A stretch of 64,000 nt of DNA from Alphaproteobacteria bacterium (GCA_964291395.2 OZ219858.1:608001-672000); one strand, 5' to 3'; positions 29,891 to 40,460 are shown, counted from the stretch's first letter. Notes: generated by a model not told the origin, from the letters alone. Made by a program: numbers and translations.

Positions 29891-31135
29891 CTATTCCAAT
29901 GATTTCAACGCCGTTTCCAGCGCATTGCGCGCGAGCTCTTGCTGCTTCCCGGAGTCGAGATCCCGCAACGTGACGACATCGCGTTCAAGCTCGTTCTCGC
30001 CCAGAAACAAGGCAACGCGTGCCCCGATCCGGTCGGCCCGCTTCATCCGGCGCGTCACATTTCCGCGGTAGCCGAGATCGACGACGAATCCCGAATGGCG
30101 CAGATCGCGGGCCAATTGCATGGCGGCATCCTGAACATCGTCGCCGACGGGCACCAGCGCGATGGGTCGGGGAGCATCGGGTACGCCGACCGCAAGCATG
30201 GCCAGCCGCTCGATACCACCTGCCCACCCGATGGCTGGCGTGGGCGGTCCACCCATCGTTTCTATCAATCCGTCGTAGCGACCACCTGCGATGACCGCAC
30301 CCTGCGCGCCCAACTCCCTGGTGACGAATTCGAATGCAGTGTGACTGTAGTAGTCGAGACCGCGCACCAGATGAGGATTTTTGCGGTAGCGAACCCCAAG
30401 CACATCCAAACCAGAAAGAACGGCATCAAAGAGGGCGGAAGACTCTTCGTTCAGAAAATCCTCCATACGAGGAGCCTTCGCTACGAGTACCCGGTCCCCT
30501 TCGTCCTTCGAGTCCAGAATTCGCATTGGATTACGCTTGAGCCTCTCCTGGCTTTCCGCCGACAGGCCATCCCGATGCACGCTGAAATAGGTCACGAGGG
30601 CGTCGCGATAGGCGAGCCGGCTTTCCGCATCGCCCAAGGAATTTATTTCGAGTTCCGTACTCCCCAGTACACCCAGAGCTTCGAGGATATCCGCGCCGAG
30701 AGAGATGACTTCGATATCCGCCTGGGGTTCCGCAGCGCCGATGATCTCCACGTCGATCTGGTGGAACTGGCGCAGCCTGCCTCTCTGCGGACGCTCGTAG
30801 CGGAACATGGGACCGTGCGCGAAGAACCGAAGGGGCAGTTGACGACCCAAGCCGCCCGAGACCACTGCGCGGGCAATGCCGGCCGTATACTCGGGACGCA
30901 ACGTGATTTCGTCTCCGCCCCGGTCCTCAAAGGTATACATCTCCTTGGTGACAACGTCTGATGTCTCGCCCAGGGTGCGTTGAAATACCTCGGTGAACTC
31001 GAAGATGGGCGTGGAGATTTCAGCGAACCCGTACTGTTCCGCTAACTTCCGCGACGTCTCCACTATATGTCGCTGTTTTCGGCCATCTTCGGGCAGTATG
31101 TCGTGCGTGCCGCGGACCGGCTGCAAACGCCTCAC
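29891..31135 (-). CDS. hisS: Histidine--tRNA ligase
   Basis: GTG start giving MRRLQPVRGTHD; KEMYTF, LRPEYTA, FRYERPQRGRLRQF, RGLDYY and GGRYDGL. Confidence 0.97.
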   Translation of the reverse strand: MRRLQPVRGTHDILPEDGRKQRHIVETSRKLAEQYGFAEISTPIFEFTEVFQRTLGETSDVVTKEMYTFEDRGGDEITLRPEYTAGIARAVVSGGLGRQLPLRFFAHGPMFRYERPQRGRLRQFHQIDVEIIGAAEPQADIEVISLGADILEALGVLGSTELEINSLGDAESRLAYRDALVTYFSVHRDGLSAESQERLKRNPMRILDSKDEGDRVLVAKAPRMEDFLNEESSALFDAVLSGLDVLGVRYRKNPHLVRGLDYYSHTAFEFVTRELGAQGAVIAGGRYDGLIETMGGPPTPAIGWAGGIERLAMLAVGVPDAPRPIALVPVGDDVQDAAMQLARDLRHSGFVVDLGYRGNVTRRMKRADRIGARVALFLGENELERDVVTLRDLDSGKQQELARNALETALKSLE

Positions 31136-31151
31136 GGAAACCTCTCGAAAG

Positions 31152-32300
31152 CTAGGAGGCTTCGGCCAACGCGTCGGTCCGCAACTTCGACTCGGTCGCG
31201 GCGCGTTCCGCCTCGAATTCCGCAGCACGTTGCTCGACCACTTCGACGATGTGATCGACAAGCCCTTCCTCGTCGATCTTGTGATCCGCCACGCCGGAAA
31301 GGTAGACCATGTGGGTCCCACGGCCACCGCCGGTGACACCGATATCCGTCTCGCGCGCCTCTCCCGGTCCGTTGACGACGCAGCCAATCACGGAAAGGGA
31401 CATGGGGGTCAAAATGTGAGCCAACCGCTCCTCAAGGACGCGAACGGTCTCGATGACCGGAAAGGCCTGACGCGCACAGGAAGGACAGGAAATCACGGTG
31501 ACGCCCCGGTGACGCAGACCAAGCACCTTCAGGATCTCATAGCCAGCGCGGATTTCTTCGACGGGATCCGCAGATAGGGAAACACGAATCGTGTCTCCAA
31601 TTCCTGCCCACAACAAGGTCCCCAATCCGATCGAGGACTTCACCGTACCCGTCGTGAGGCCGCCGGCTTCGGTAATACCCAGGTGGAGGGGATGGTCGCA
31701 GGCGTCCGCTAGTTGCTGGTAGGCCGCTGCCGCGAGAAACACATCGGAAGCCTTGACGCTGATCTTGAACTCAAAGAAGTCGTTGTCCTCAAGCAGGCGC
31801 GCATGATTGAGCGCGCTCTCGACCATCGCCTCGGGGCATGGCTCACCATACTTCTCAAGCAGTTCCCGTTCGAGCGATCCTGCATTGACGCCGATTCTCA
31901 TGGAACAGCCGTGGTCACGCGCAGCCCTTACGACCTCGCGCACGCGAGCGTCATCTCCAATATTACCCGGGTTGATGCGAAGGCAGCTCGCGCCGGATTC
32001 CGCCGCCTCGATCGCCCGCTTATAGTGAAAATGGATGTCCGCAACGATTGGAACGTCCACCTGCCGCACGATCTCCTTCAGGGCCGATGACGACTCCGAG
32101 TCCGGGCAGGAGATTCGGACGATATCCGCGCCCGCCGCCTCCAGTTCCTTGACCTGTGACACCGTTGCCGCCACGTCCGTGGTCAGCGTGTTGGTCATTG
32201 ACTGAACGGAGATCGGCGCATCTCCACCCACCGCCACGCCGCCGACATGGATCTGCCGGCTCTTGCGGCGTGCGATATCACGGTAGGGTCGAACGCTCAT
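31152..32300 (-). CDS. ispG: (E)-4-hydroxy-3-methylbut-2-enyl-diphosphate synthase
   Basis: [28 protein letters not shown] and [10 protein letters not shown]. Confidence 0.97.
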   Translation of the reverse strand: MSVRPYRDIARRKSRQIHVGGVAVGGDAPISVQSMTNTLTTDVAATVSQVKELEAAGADIVRISCPDSESSSALKEIVRQVDVPIVADIHFHYKRAIEAAESGASCLRINPGNIGDDARVREVVRAARDHGCSMRIGVNAGSLERELLEKYGEPCPEAMVESALNHARLLEDNDFFEFKISVKASDVFLAAAAYQQLADACDHPLHLGITEAGGLTTGTVKSSIGLGTLLWAGIGDTIRVSLSADPVEEIRAGYEILKVLGLRHRGVTVISCPSCARQAFPVIETVRVLEERLAHILTPMSLSVIGCVVNGPGEARETDIGVTGGGRGTHMVYLSGVADHKIDEEGLVDHIVEVVEQRAAEFEAERAATESKLRTDALAEAS

Positions 32301-32489
32301 TTCAGACACGGCATCGGTGTGCAACGGATTTTGCTTGGGGACATTTCGACGGTTGCTTCGAATGTATCCCGACGGTACCGACCTCGCTTCGCTCACGGCC
32401 GTTGAGGTGGCACAGCCCCGCAGCCCAGTACCCGGCGACTGTACCATGAAGATGTTGCGCCGCAAGAGCGGCGTACCCGTAGGAAATGA

Positions 32490-34157
32490 CTATTGTTCGA
32501 CAGCCGTACCAGCGAGGAGACGCTCGGGCACCAGGACGACATTGTCACGTACAGCGCCCGGCTGCCCAATCGAGGGCACGATCTTACCGTCCACAATAAT
32601 CTCGATTCCCCCTGCGTTACCGGTCATGAGGAGCAGATCCTCGCGATTGGGCACCAGGTACTTGTCACCTGGACGGAGGAGCCGCGTTAGCAGCAGTTCA
32701 CTGTCGTCCGTGCTCATGACTTGGATCCAGCTTTCCGTCCTAGCCTTCACGACCACGCGAGCTTCCCAATTGCCTTCCCCGTAGACTCGGGGTTCATGTT
32801 CCGAAAGGTCGAGGCCGCGCACCGGGCTCGTTGACGCGACCCGGGGTTCATCCCTCGTCTCGATGGTCGCCTCGGCAGTCGTCACGCCCAGCGTGCCGGA
32901 TGGCGCGGGAGCGACCCCGGAGAGTTCAGACGACTCGACGGCGGCATCGGCCAGAGAGTCTCCGGTCGGCGGCGTCCCGCCCTCAGGCTGAACCAGCCCC
33001 GCGGCTATACGGGAAAGCGATTGCAGGTCCACACGAAAAGGATCGTCTGAAACAGCGTCAACCGAAACCTCGTGCGGTGGAGGTCCCGGTATCTCCGCTG
33101 TCGTTTCTGGTGTTGCCGGTATCCGTGACGGTGGAGTCGCCTCACCGGTCAGTGCCTGGGTTTCGGCAGCGCTCCGATCCATGTCGATTGACGGTTCGGC
33201 CGTGCCAAGTGGAAAGGACACGCCCTCCGTGCCGCCAAATGCAGCCGTTGTCGATTCCACATCGGGCGGGATACCGGCCTCACCTACAGCGTCGGGAATA
33301 TGTCGAGTTGCCGCCGCGGGTCCAGTGACTGACACGTCAGCTACCGGAGGCAATTCCCCGACGGATAACGGGAGTTCCTCCGATCCCGCAGGCAAGGTGA
33401 CGGCAGATGTTTCCGACGCGCCCGTGAGCCCAGCGGATGATGCATCGACGGAACGAGCCTCTCCGGTAGCCGTTGGCTCGGCCTCTCCGCTGACTGCCTG
33501 CGGCGGTTCCAGACGAATCTCGCGTGTCGCCGGATCAATGCCGGTCAATGTGTCCGTGGCAGTAGGTCTTTCGGTTGCGATCTCGTGCGTTTCCACGGGC
33601 CCGATCGCTGCGGGTCGGTCGACCGAAGGGGTCGGCGCCAAGGCCGCTAGCCTCTCGGGAAGTGATGGGACCCGGCCGGTCGCCAATCTGCCGTCCATTT
33701 CAACGTAATACCAACCCGCATAGATCAGACCCGCCAGCACCAGCGAGACCGCAATAAGCCGTCCTGTCGGAACGCGACTTTCAGGGATCGGAGACGGGAA
33801 AACCAACTTGGTCTCGCCATTCAGACCTAACGTCTCCTGCTTGAACGCTTCGACGGCAACTTCGCCGTCCAGCCCTAGGTACTCAGCGTAGGAACGCACG
33901 AAACCCACGGCATAAACCGGCCCCGGCAGATCATCAAAATAGCCTTCTTCGATCGCCTGAAGGTGAACGTGGCGGATTCGGAGCTCATCTGCGACTTCCG
34001 TCAGGTCGAGCCCTTTACGCTCTCGCGCGGCTTTAAAGTCCGCCCCCAGACCATCGTACCCGCTGGTCTCGACGGTCACCTCGCGCAAATGCAACCGTCG
34101 CCTTCGCGACGGTCGAGTTTGGTTCTCCTGTGCCTCTTGCGAAGTTGATTCCGTCAT
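32490..34157 (-). CDS. rodZ: RodZ-like protein (HTH, TM helix, long linker, DUF4115)
   Basis: AIEEGYFDDLPGPVYAVGFVRSYAEYLGLD HTH, one TM helix and C-terminal SWIQV...GNAGG; upstream of ispG. Confidence 0.88.
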   Translation of the reverse strand: MTESTSQEAQENQTRPSRRRRLHLREVTVETSGYDGLGADFKAARERKGLDLTEVADELRIRHVHLQAIEEGYFDDLPGPVYAVGFVRSYAEYLGLDGEVAVEAFKQETLGLNGETKLVFPSPIPESRVPTGRLIAVSLVLAGLIYAGWYYVEMDGRLATGRVPSLPERLAALAPTPSVDRPAAIGPVETHEIATERPTATDTLTGIDPATREIRLEPPQAVSGEAEPTATGEARSVDASSAGLTGASETSAVTLPAGSEELPLSVGELPPVADVSVTGPAAATRHIPDAVGEAGIPPDVESTTAAFGGTEGVSFPLGTAEPSIDMDRSAAETQALTGEATPPSRIPATPETTAEIPGPPPHEVSVDAVSDDPFRVDLQSLSRIAAGLVQPEGGTPPTGDSLADAAVESSELSGVAPAPSGTLGVTTAEATIETRDEPRVASTSPVRGLDLSEHEPRVYGEGNWEARVVVKARTESWIQVMSTDDSELLLTRLLRPGDKYLVPNREDLLLMTGNAGGIEIIVDGKIVPSIGQPGAVRDNVVLVPERLLAGTAVEQ

Positions 34158-34269
34158 GCTCTGACCTGGTACCACGAGGCAGCCATCCGCATCGTGCGAC
34201 TTGACCTAAGCAACCCGACCCGATCGCCGAAGCCGCTCATAGCAGATATGGCTAGGTCACCTTACCATG

Positions 34270-34292
34270 CTGACCGAATCCAGTTCGGTCAG
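34270..34292. promoter_or_regulatory. Perfect 9-bp inverted repeat CTGACCGAA-N5-TTCGGTCAG (operator or hairpin)
   Basis: Read directly from the sequence. A third exact copy of CTGACCGAA lies at 34403-34411. Confidence 0.5.
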
Positions 34293-34442
34293 AACAGATA
34301 TTGTTATTCCCACTCTCAATGCAAACTATTGGTCGATGCCCTAAAGTCAGTTGATCAGTAATCTTGGAATTTTGCAATCAGTCGAATCGGAAACCCGCCA
34401 CACTGACCGAAGGTAGCACGACAGGGCCTGCCGACCAATCGC

Positions 34443-35459
34443 CTACGCCGCCGCTAGGGCCCGATTCGCCTGTTCGACGAGTTCTTGAATGATCTCCTCG
34501 ATGGGCTGCTCCTTCTTGACCATGCCCACGCTTTGGCCGGCCATCAACGATCCATGCTCGACGTCGCCATCAATGGCGGCTCGCCGCAACGCACCCGCCC
34601 AAAAATGCTCGATGTCCAGTTGCGCCGCCTTTTGCTCCACTTCACCGGCGTGGACCTTAGCAATGACCCCGCGCTGGAACTCGTGAAACCTTCGGGTTCC
34701 TTCATTCACCAAGGCACGGACCGGAATAACCGGAAACTGTGGATCCAGTTGTATTGTCGGCGTGGCGTCGCGCGCATTCGCTCGGATGAAAGCCCGCTTG
34801 AATTTTGGATGGGCGATGCATTCGGCGGCACAAACGAATCGGGTCCCCAGTTGGCATCCCGAAGCACCCATCCGCAGATACAGGGCGACGACATCTCCGC
34901 GACCGAGTCCCCCCGCGACGAACACGGGCACCTCGGTGACATGGGGCAAGATCTCCTGCGCCAAAACGCTGGTGGAGACCGGACCGATGTGGCCACCGGC
35001 CTCGGCACCTTCAATGATGATTCCATCGGCCCCGGATCGCACCAGACGCCGAGCGACGGGCAGGGCCGGAGCAAAGGCAATGACCTTCACGGCAGCCTCC
35101 TTCAGGCGGCTGATATCAGTATCCCGAGGCAGTCCGCCGGCCAGAACGACATGGCTCACCTTCCGATCGATACAGACGCCGATGAGTTCCTCGAGATCCG
35201 GGTGCAAGGTGATGAGATTGACACCGAAGGGACGATCCGTGAGTTCAAACGTGGCAGCGATTTCTCTGTCGAGCATGTCAGAAGTCATGGAGCCGCATGC
35301 GATGACACCGAATCCCCCGGCGTTCGAAAGCGCGGAAACAAGGTTTCGCTCGGAGAGCCAAGTCATGGCGCCGCCCATGATGGCGTATTGCGAACCCAGC
35401 AGTTCGCAACCACGCTGCCACAGCCTATTCAGCTCAGATCGTGAATGGTCCGGCGCCAC
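34443..35459 (-). CDS. NAD(P)H-dependent flavin oxidoreductase, nitronate monooxygenase/FabK-like
   Basis: VSALSNAGGFGVI, PFGVNL, EGAEAGGHIG, VAGG, QLGTRF and MAGQSVG. Confidence 0.9.
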   Translation of the reverse strand: MAPDHSRSELNRLWQRGCELLGSQYAIMGGAMTWLSERNLVSALSNAGGFGVIACGSMTSDMLDREIAATFELTDRPFGVNLITLHPDLEELIGVCIDRKVSHVVLAGGLPRDTDISRLKEAAVKVIAFAPALPVARRLVRSGADGIIIEGAEAGGHIGPVSTSVLAQEILPHVTEVPVFVAGGLGRGDVVALYLRMGASGCQLGTRFVCAAECIAHPKFKRAFIRANARDATPTIQLDPQFPVIPVRALVNEGTRRFHEFQRGVIAKVHAGEVEQKAAQLDIEHFWAGALRRAAIDGDVEHGSLMAGQSVGMVKKEQPIEEIIQELVEQANRALAAA

Positions 35460-35476
35460 AAATATGGTGCCCGCGC

Positions 35477-36697
35477 CTAGGCCGCGTCGAGGCCGTAGGC
35501 CGTGTGCAGCGAACGCAGAGCGAGCTCCGTGTACTCCTCCGAAATCAGAACGCTTACCTTGATCTCGGAGGTAGAGATCGCATGAATATTGATACCCTTT
35601 TCCGCTAGTGCGCTGAACATCTTCTGAGCGACACCGGCGTGGCTACGCATGCCGACACCAATCACGGATACCTTCGCCACATCGGAGTCTGAGATCAGCC
35701 GGTCAAAACCAACGTCCCGTTTGGCGGTCTTCACAACACTCACGGCCCGCTCGAAATCTGCTTCCTTGACCGTGAACGTCACGTCGGTTGACCGGCCATC
35801 CTCCGAAACACTCTGTACGATGACGTCGACATTGATATTGGCGTCGGCCAAAGGCCCAAAAATCGCCGCCGCGACTCCGGGACGGTCCGCCACCCGAACC
35901 AACGTTATCTTGGCTTCGTCACGCGAATAGGCAATCCCGCTCACAACCTGTTTTTCCACGACCTCATCCTCATCGACGACGAGTGTTCCCATAGAATTGG
36001 AAAAGCTGGAAAGAACCTGAACCCGCACTTGGTGGTTCATCGCTAAGGACACGGAACGGGTTTGCAAGACCCGAGCGCCTTGAGATGCCATTTCAAGCAT
36101 CTCTTCGTACGTGATTCTATCAAGCTTCCGTGCCTTCGCAACGATGCGGGGATCAGCCGTAAAGATACCTTCGACATCGGTGTAGATGTCGCAGCGAGCG
36201 GCTCCGAGGGCCGCCGCCAATGCGACGGCGGAGGTATCCGATCCGCCGCGACCCAGAGTTGTGATCCGGCCGTCTTCACCTTTTCCCTGAAAGCCGGCCA
36301 CGACCGCCACCTGACCCTCGTCGAAACGCCGTTCGATATCGTCGCAGTCGATCTCCTCGATCCTCGCGTTCCCGTGGACGGCGTCGGACAGGATGGGGAT
36401 CTGCCAGGCAAGCCAGGACCGGGCAGATACCCCGCTATCCTGAAGCGCCAAGGCCAGCAGGCCGGCGGTAATCTGTTCGCCAGCGGACACCACGACATCG
36501 TATTCGCGGGCATCGTGGAGAAGCGCAGTGTCACTGGTCCATTTGGCCAATTGATCGGTGGTCCCGGCCATGGCAGACACGACAACAGCGACCTCATTGC
36601 CCTCATCGACGCAGGCCTTGACGCGCCGGGCTACCTCCCGGATGCGGTCCACGTCCGCGAGCGACGTGCCGCCGAACTTCATAACAAGACGTGCCAT
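35477..36697 (-). CDS. lysC: Aspartate kinase
   Basis: VMKFGGTS, VVSAM, TLGRGGSDTSA and two ACT domains (STSEIK). Confidence 0.97.
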   Translation of the reverse strand: MARLVMKFGGTSLADVDRIREVARRVKACVDEGNEVAVVVSAMAGTTDQLAKWTSDTALLHDAREYDVVVSAGEQITAGLLALALQDSGVSARSWLAWQIPILSDAVHGNARIEEIDCDDIERRFDEGQVAVVAGFQGKGEDGRITTLGRGGSDTSAVALAAALGAARCDIYTDVEGIFTADPRIVAKARKLDRITYEEMLEMASQGARVLQTRSVSLAMNHQVRVQVLSSFSNSMGTLVVDEDEVVEKQVVSGIAYSRDEAKITLVRVADRPGVAAAIFGPLADANINVDVIVQSVSEDGRSTDVTFTVKEADFERAVSVVKTAKRDVGFDRLISDSDVAKVSVIGVGMRSHAGVAQKMFSALAEKGINIHAISTSEIKVSVLISEEYTELALRSLHTAYGLDAA

Positions 36698-36863
36698 GTC
36701 CAGTTTCGAGCAACCGCCGCGCCGTTCCGGCAGCCCTTCAACTCCGTCTGTGTGTGGCTTTCCTTCCCGGAGAAAGGCGCGTATTCATACTCCCGGTCTC
36801 GACGCTGGGCAAGCGCTCGGAATGGCAGCCCACTCGCGGGCGACGGGAAAGATCGAACTCTTG

Positions 36864-37649
36864 ATGTCGGGAAGAAAAACCGCAAGAGAATGGCCTGAAC
36901 GAGCCGCCCGGTATGCGTCGGTCGACCCTTGGGAGATTCAACGGTTCTCCGAAGTCGCCGAGGCTTGGTGGGACCCCAAAGGACCCTTTCGTTCTCTGCA
37001 TCGGCTCAATCCGATTCGACTGGCGTATCTGAGACGGCATCTCGACACGTTCTTCGAGCGTGAGCCGCGTGACATCCACCCGTATCGCGGCCTCACCGTC
37101 CTCGATGTTGGCTGCGGCGGTGGGCTGTTGAGCGAGCCACTTGCCCGACTGGGAGCACGGGTGACAGCCATCGACGCCGATTCGCAGGCCATCGGCGTCG
37201 CCACACATCATGCGAGGGATGCGGGATTGGATATCGACTACAGATGCGCAACGGTCGAAGATGTCGCCGCGTCTCGGGAAGCGTTCGATATCGTCGTCGC
37301 CATGGAGATCATGGAGCACGTTTCCGATTTGTCTGTATTCATCGATGCTCTAGGCCGCGTCGTCGCGCCTGGCGGTGCACTTGCACTGGCCACCTTGAAT
37401 CGAACGCTCAAATCACTTGTGCTGGCGATCATCGGCGCCGAGTACGTGTTGCGCTGGCTACCCAGAGGAACCCACCATTGGGAGAAATTCGTGAAACCCT
37501 CGGAGGTCTCCCGCCATCTCCGCCGTTGTGGACTCACCATCACGGATGTCACCGGTGTAACTCTCGACCCCATGGCCTTCGAGTGGCGGACCAGTCGAGA
37601 TACGTCCGTCAACTACATGATGTTCGCAAACAGGATAGCGGCATGCTGA
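36864..37649 (+). CDS. ubiG: Ubiquinone biosynthesis O-methyltransferase
   Basis: WWDPKGPFRSLHRLNPIRL, LDVGCGGGLLSEPLARLGA, LPRGTH and VNYM. Start approximate. Confidence 0.94.
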   Translation: MSGRKTAREWPERAARYASVDPWEIQRFSEVAEAWWDPKGPFRSLHRLNPIRLAYLRRHLDTFFEREPRDIHPYRGLTVLDVGCGGGLLSEPLARLGARVTAIDADSQAIGVATHHARDAGLDIDYRCATVEDVAASREAFDIVVAMEIMEHVSDLSVFIDALGRVVAPGGALALATLNRTLKSLVLAIIGAEYVLRWLPRGTHHWEKFVKPSEVSRHLRRCGLTITDVTGVTLDPMAFEWRTSRDTSVNYMMFANRIAAC

Positions 37650-37669
37650 CGCCCGCGGGGTGACGATAG

Positions 37670-38500
37670 CTACCGGCCTCGGAACCTGGGTAGACGCCGT
37701 TCGACGAACGACTGCACTCCTTCACCCGCGTCCCAGGTCCGCGCGAGCCTCAGTTGTTCCGGATCCAGAACCGCCGCGGCGGCGGCGTGGCCATGCTCGA
37801 GCCACGTTAGGGATGTCGCCCGGGTCGCCCGAACCGCCAACGGCGCTTGTTTGGCGATGGTTCGCGCGATCTCCAGCGCGCGCGAGACGTCCTTTCCGGT
37901 CTCGACAACCTCCGTCACGAAATTCATGCGATAGGCTTCCTGGGCATCGAAGCGATCGCCGGTCAGCAGGTATCTCATGGCATTGCCCCAACCGCCACGT
38001 TCCACCATACGCATGGATGCCCCGCACGACGGCATGATGCCTCGCCCAACTTCCAGCTGGCAAAACACGGTTTCTCCTCCGGCGATGACGATATCGTTCG
38101 CCAGCATGAGCTCGATCCCGAGCGTGAAGCAATAACCGCGTACGGCCGTGACCACAGGCTTCGTGCGGCGAGGAGGCCGGATGTCCACGGGATCGACGAA
38201 TCCCGGTGGGAAGAGTCCGTGACCCTCGGAGAACCGGTGGGCCACCTGAGGCAGATCGAGGCCTGCCGTGAAATGATCTCCATGGGCGAACAACACAGCG
38301 CACCGATAGCGATCCCGATTCTCGAACTCGGTATAGGCCTCCGCGAGTTGGTCCAGCATCTGCGTCGTAAAGCCGTTGAGCTTTGAAGGGCGGTCCAGTC
38401 CAATGAGGAAGACATTGCCCTTTTCTTCAGTGGTGATCCGGCCCTCCTTCGGAGCCGTCTTCCGAGATACTGCCCTTCGTGATCTGGTAGATTTGGCCAC
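37670..38500 (-). CDS. Crotonase/enoyl-CoA hydratase family protein
   Basis: FTAGLDL, KPVVTAVRG, GIEL, LEVGRGI and QAPLAV. Confidence 0.92.
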   Translation of the reverse strand: MAKSTRSRRAVSRKTAPKEGRITTEEKGNVFLIGLDRPSKLNGFTTQMLDQLAEAYTEFENRDRYRCAVLFAHGDHFTAGLDLPQVAHRFSEGHGLFPPGFVDPVDIRPPRRTKPVVTAVRGYCFTLGIELMLANDIVIAGGETVFCQLEVGRGIMPSCGASMRMVERGGWGNAMRYLLTGDRFDAQEAYRMNFVTEVVETGKDVSRALEIARTIAKQAPLAVRATRATSLTWLEHGHAAAAAVLDPEQLRLARTWDAGEGVQSFVERRLPRFRGR

Positions 38501-38612
38501 CTTTCACTCCCTCTGATGTTGATCACGTACCGGTCCGTTTTGGGACCGACGGTCACGGTGCGTAACCACAGAGCCTCAGACTAGCCCGGTCGAGGTCGGA
38601 GAAATTCAGAGA

Positions 38613-39029
38613 TCAGGCGTCGTGCCTGGCTGGCCAGGGAATCTCGCCGAATTCGACGCCTTCTTCACGGAGCTGCGCGGCTTCTTCGGCCGTGGCTTCC
38701 CCATAAATATCGCGCTTCTCCACTTCTTCGTTATGAATCTTGCGAGCTTCCTCCGCAAACTTGTTGCCCACGTAGTCGCAATTCTCTTCGACGTGCTCCC
38801 GCATCTTGTAGAGAAACTTCATCGCTTCGGCGGCTTCCGTTATCTGGGCCGCCGACTGTTCCTTCTTGGCCGAGATGTTGGGCGCCATGAGAGCCTTGCT
38901 GACCTCCGTATCGCCGCAAATCGGGCAAGCAATTTCACCTTTTTGGCGCTGCTTGTCGAAAGCCTCGGAGTCCGCGAACCACGCTTCGAATACGTGATCG
39001 TTCGAACATACGACGTCATACAAGATCAT
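38613..39029 (-). CDS. DUF1178 family protein
   Basis: MILYDVVCSNDHVFEAWF, CPICG, KALMAP, FAEEARKIH and IYGEAT. Confidence 0.9.
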   Translation of the reverse strand: MILYDVVCSNDHVFEAWFADSEAFDKQRQKGEIACPICGDTEVSKALMAPNISAKKEQSAAQITEAAEAMKFLYKMREHVEENCDYVGNKFAEEARKIHNEEVEKRDIYGEATAEEAAQLREEGVEFGEIPWPARHDA

Positions 39030-39160
39030 GGCCGGTCGATCTTCCTGGCCCAGCAATTTCCAAACGGACCCCTGATATCCATTGCATGTACCACTTATAC
39101 TGCCGCGATCAATAGCCCAATGAAGCGCGGACGACAATCAGTTAGCGCCTGGCCGGCCGA

Positions 39161-40069
39161 CTAAGCTCGCCCCGGGGCTACATGCCGAGATTCCGCATCT
39201 AGCCCACGGCGCGGGCTCGACCCACTTCTTTTCGGCAGCCCGAGCTCAGGAGTCGTAATCTCCCTGTCATGAGTCAATGCGGGGATCATATGGCGAGCCT
39301 CATCCACCTCGACAGGATCGACGTCCGCAACCACGAAACCAGGATCCTCTCCAGCATCGGCAAGCACTTGGCCCCACGGATTGACGATCAGCGAGTGGCC
39401 GAAAGTCTTGCGCTCCCCGGGATGGGTGCCGCACTGGGCGGGCGCGATGACGTAACACCCCGTCTCGATAGCTCGAGACCGCAACAAGACGTGCCAATGC
39501 GCGGTTCCCGTCGTTTTGGTGAAAGCCGCTGGAACGGTGAGAAAACTCGCGCCAGCCTTCGCCAGCGCTCGATAGAGATGCGGGAACCGGACATCATAGC
39601 AGATAGTCATGCCCAACACCCCCCAAGGTGTTGGCGCAACGATCGCTTGCTCCCCAGGCTTAAAACTCTTCGACTCGCAGTAAGATTCACCGCTCCCCAG
39701 ATCAACATCGAACATGTGAATCTTGTCGTATCGCGCGACGATCTCCCCTTCGGAATCGATCAAGTAGGATCGATTGTGCACCCGCCCGTCGTCGGCCGCG
39801 ATCCCTAGAGAGCCCGGCAACAGCCAAGCACCTATCTCGCGAGCGAGCTTCCGGAACTCGGCGAGGGCCGAGTGTTCAGCCTCGGGCATCGCGAGCCCGC
39901 GTATGTCGCGGGAGCGATGCCCCATCATCGCGACATTCTCGGGCATCGTAATGAAATCGGCACCAGCCGCCCGGGCTTGACGAATGAGTTCCGCCACCCG
40001 CGCGATATTTCCGTCGATTTCCCGTTGTGCATTGATCTGAATACAGGCCACCTTGAAAGGGCTGGTCAT
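39161..40069 (-). CDS. Carbon-nitrogen hydrolase (Nit1/deaminated glutathione amidase-like)
   Basis: Catalytic triad motifs MPE, YDKIHMFD and ICYDVRF; HWHVLLRSRAIE. Confidence 0.93.
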   Translation of the reverse strand: MTSPFKVACIQINAQREIDGNIARVAELIRQARAAGADFITMPENVAMMGHRSRDIRGLAMPEAEHSALAEFRKLAREIGAWLLPGSLGIAADDGRVHNRSYLIDSEGEIVARYDKIHMFDVDLGSGESYCESKSFKPGEQAIVAPTPWGVLGMTICYDVRFPHLYRALAKAGASFLTVPAAFTKTTGTAHWHVLLRSRAIETGCYVIAPAQCGTHPGERKTFGHSLIVNPWGQVLADAGEDPGFVVADVDPVEVDEARHMIPALTHDREITTPELGLPKRSGSSPRRGLDAESRHVAPGRA

Positions 40070-40329
40070 GCCGCTTCCTCCAGCCACTTGTCCAGTTCTC
40101 CAGCGTCCTCGAGCGCGACGAGCTCGTCAGATCCGCCTACGTGCCGGTCACCGATGAATACCTGCGGCACCGTATAGCATCCGCCAGCCAAGTCTATCAT
40201 CTCTTGACGATTCGATACGTTCACACCGACATCGATTTCGGTATATGAAACTCCCTTGGCTTCGAGCAGGCGCTTGGCCCGGGAGCAATACGGACAAAAC
40301 ATGGTGGTGTAGAGAACGACGGGCGCCAT
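40066..40329 (-). CDS. grxC: Glutaredoxin 3
   Basis: CPYC, TVPQVFI and GGSDEL. Confidence 0.95.
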   Translation of the reverse strand: MAPVVLYTTMFCPYCSRAKRLLEAKGVSYTEIDVGVNVSNRQEMIDLAGGCYTVPQVFIGDRHVGGSDELVALEDAGELDKWLEEAA

Positions 40330-40460
40330 GGGGGACCCCGGTGGACAGGTCGGGACGGCCGGAGCCAGCCCAAACGGCTTTCGCAGAGGCGCGATCAAGT
40401 GAACCTCTGATTCCGCTCTCTCAACGCCGGAGCGTTCCGATCGGCGGAAAATCCGCAAAA

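Noticed and set aside
31136-31387. Apparent hisS extension overlapping ispG, and similar ORF-track extensions at 3194, 6752, 9543, 12340 and 54748
   Set aside because: Family N-termini and 4-bp start/stop overlaps place the true starts downstream; these are not fusions or frameshifts.
38513-38526. FNR/FixK-like site CTGAT-N4-ATCAC upstream of the crotonase gene
   Set aside because: Both outer positions mismatch the consensus and it lies only ~13 bp from the start codon; not distinguishable from chance.
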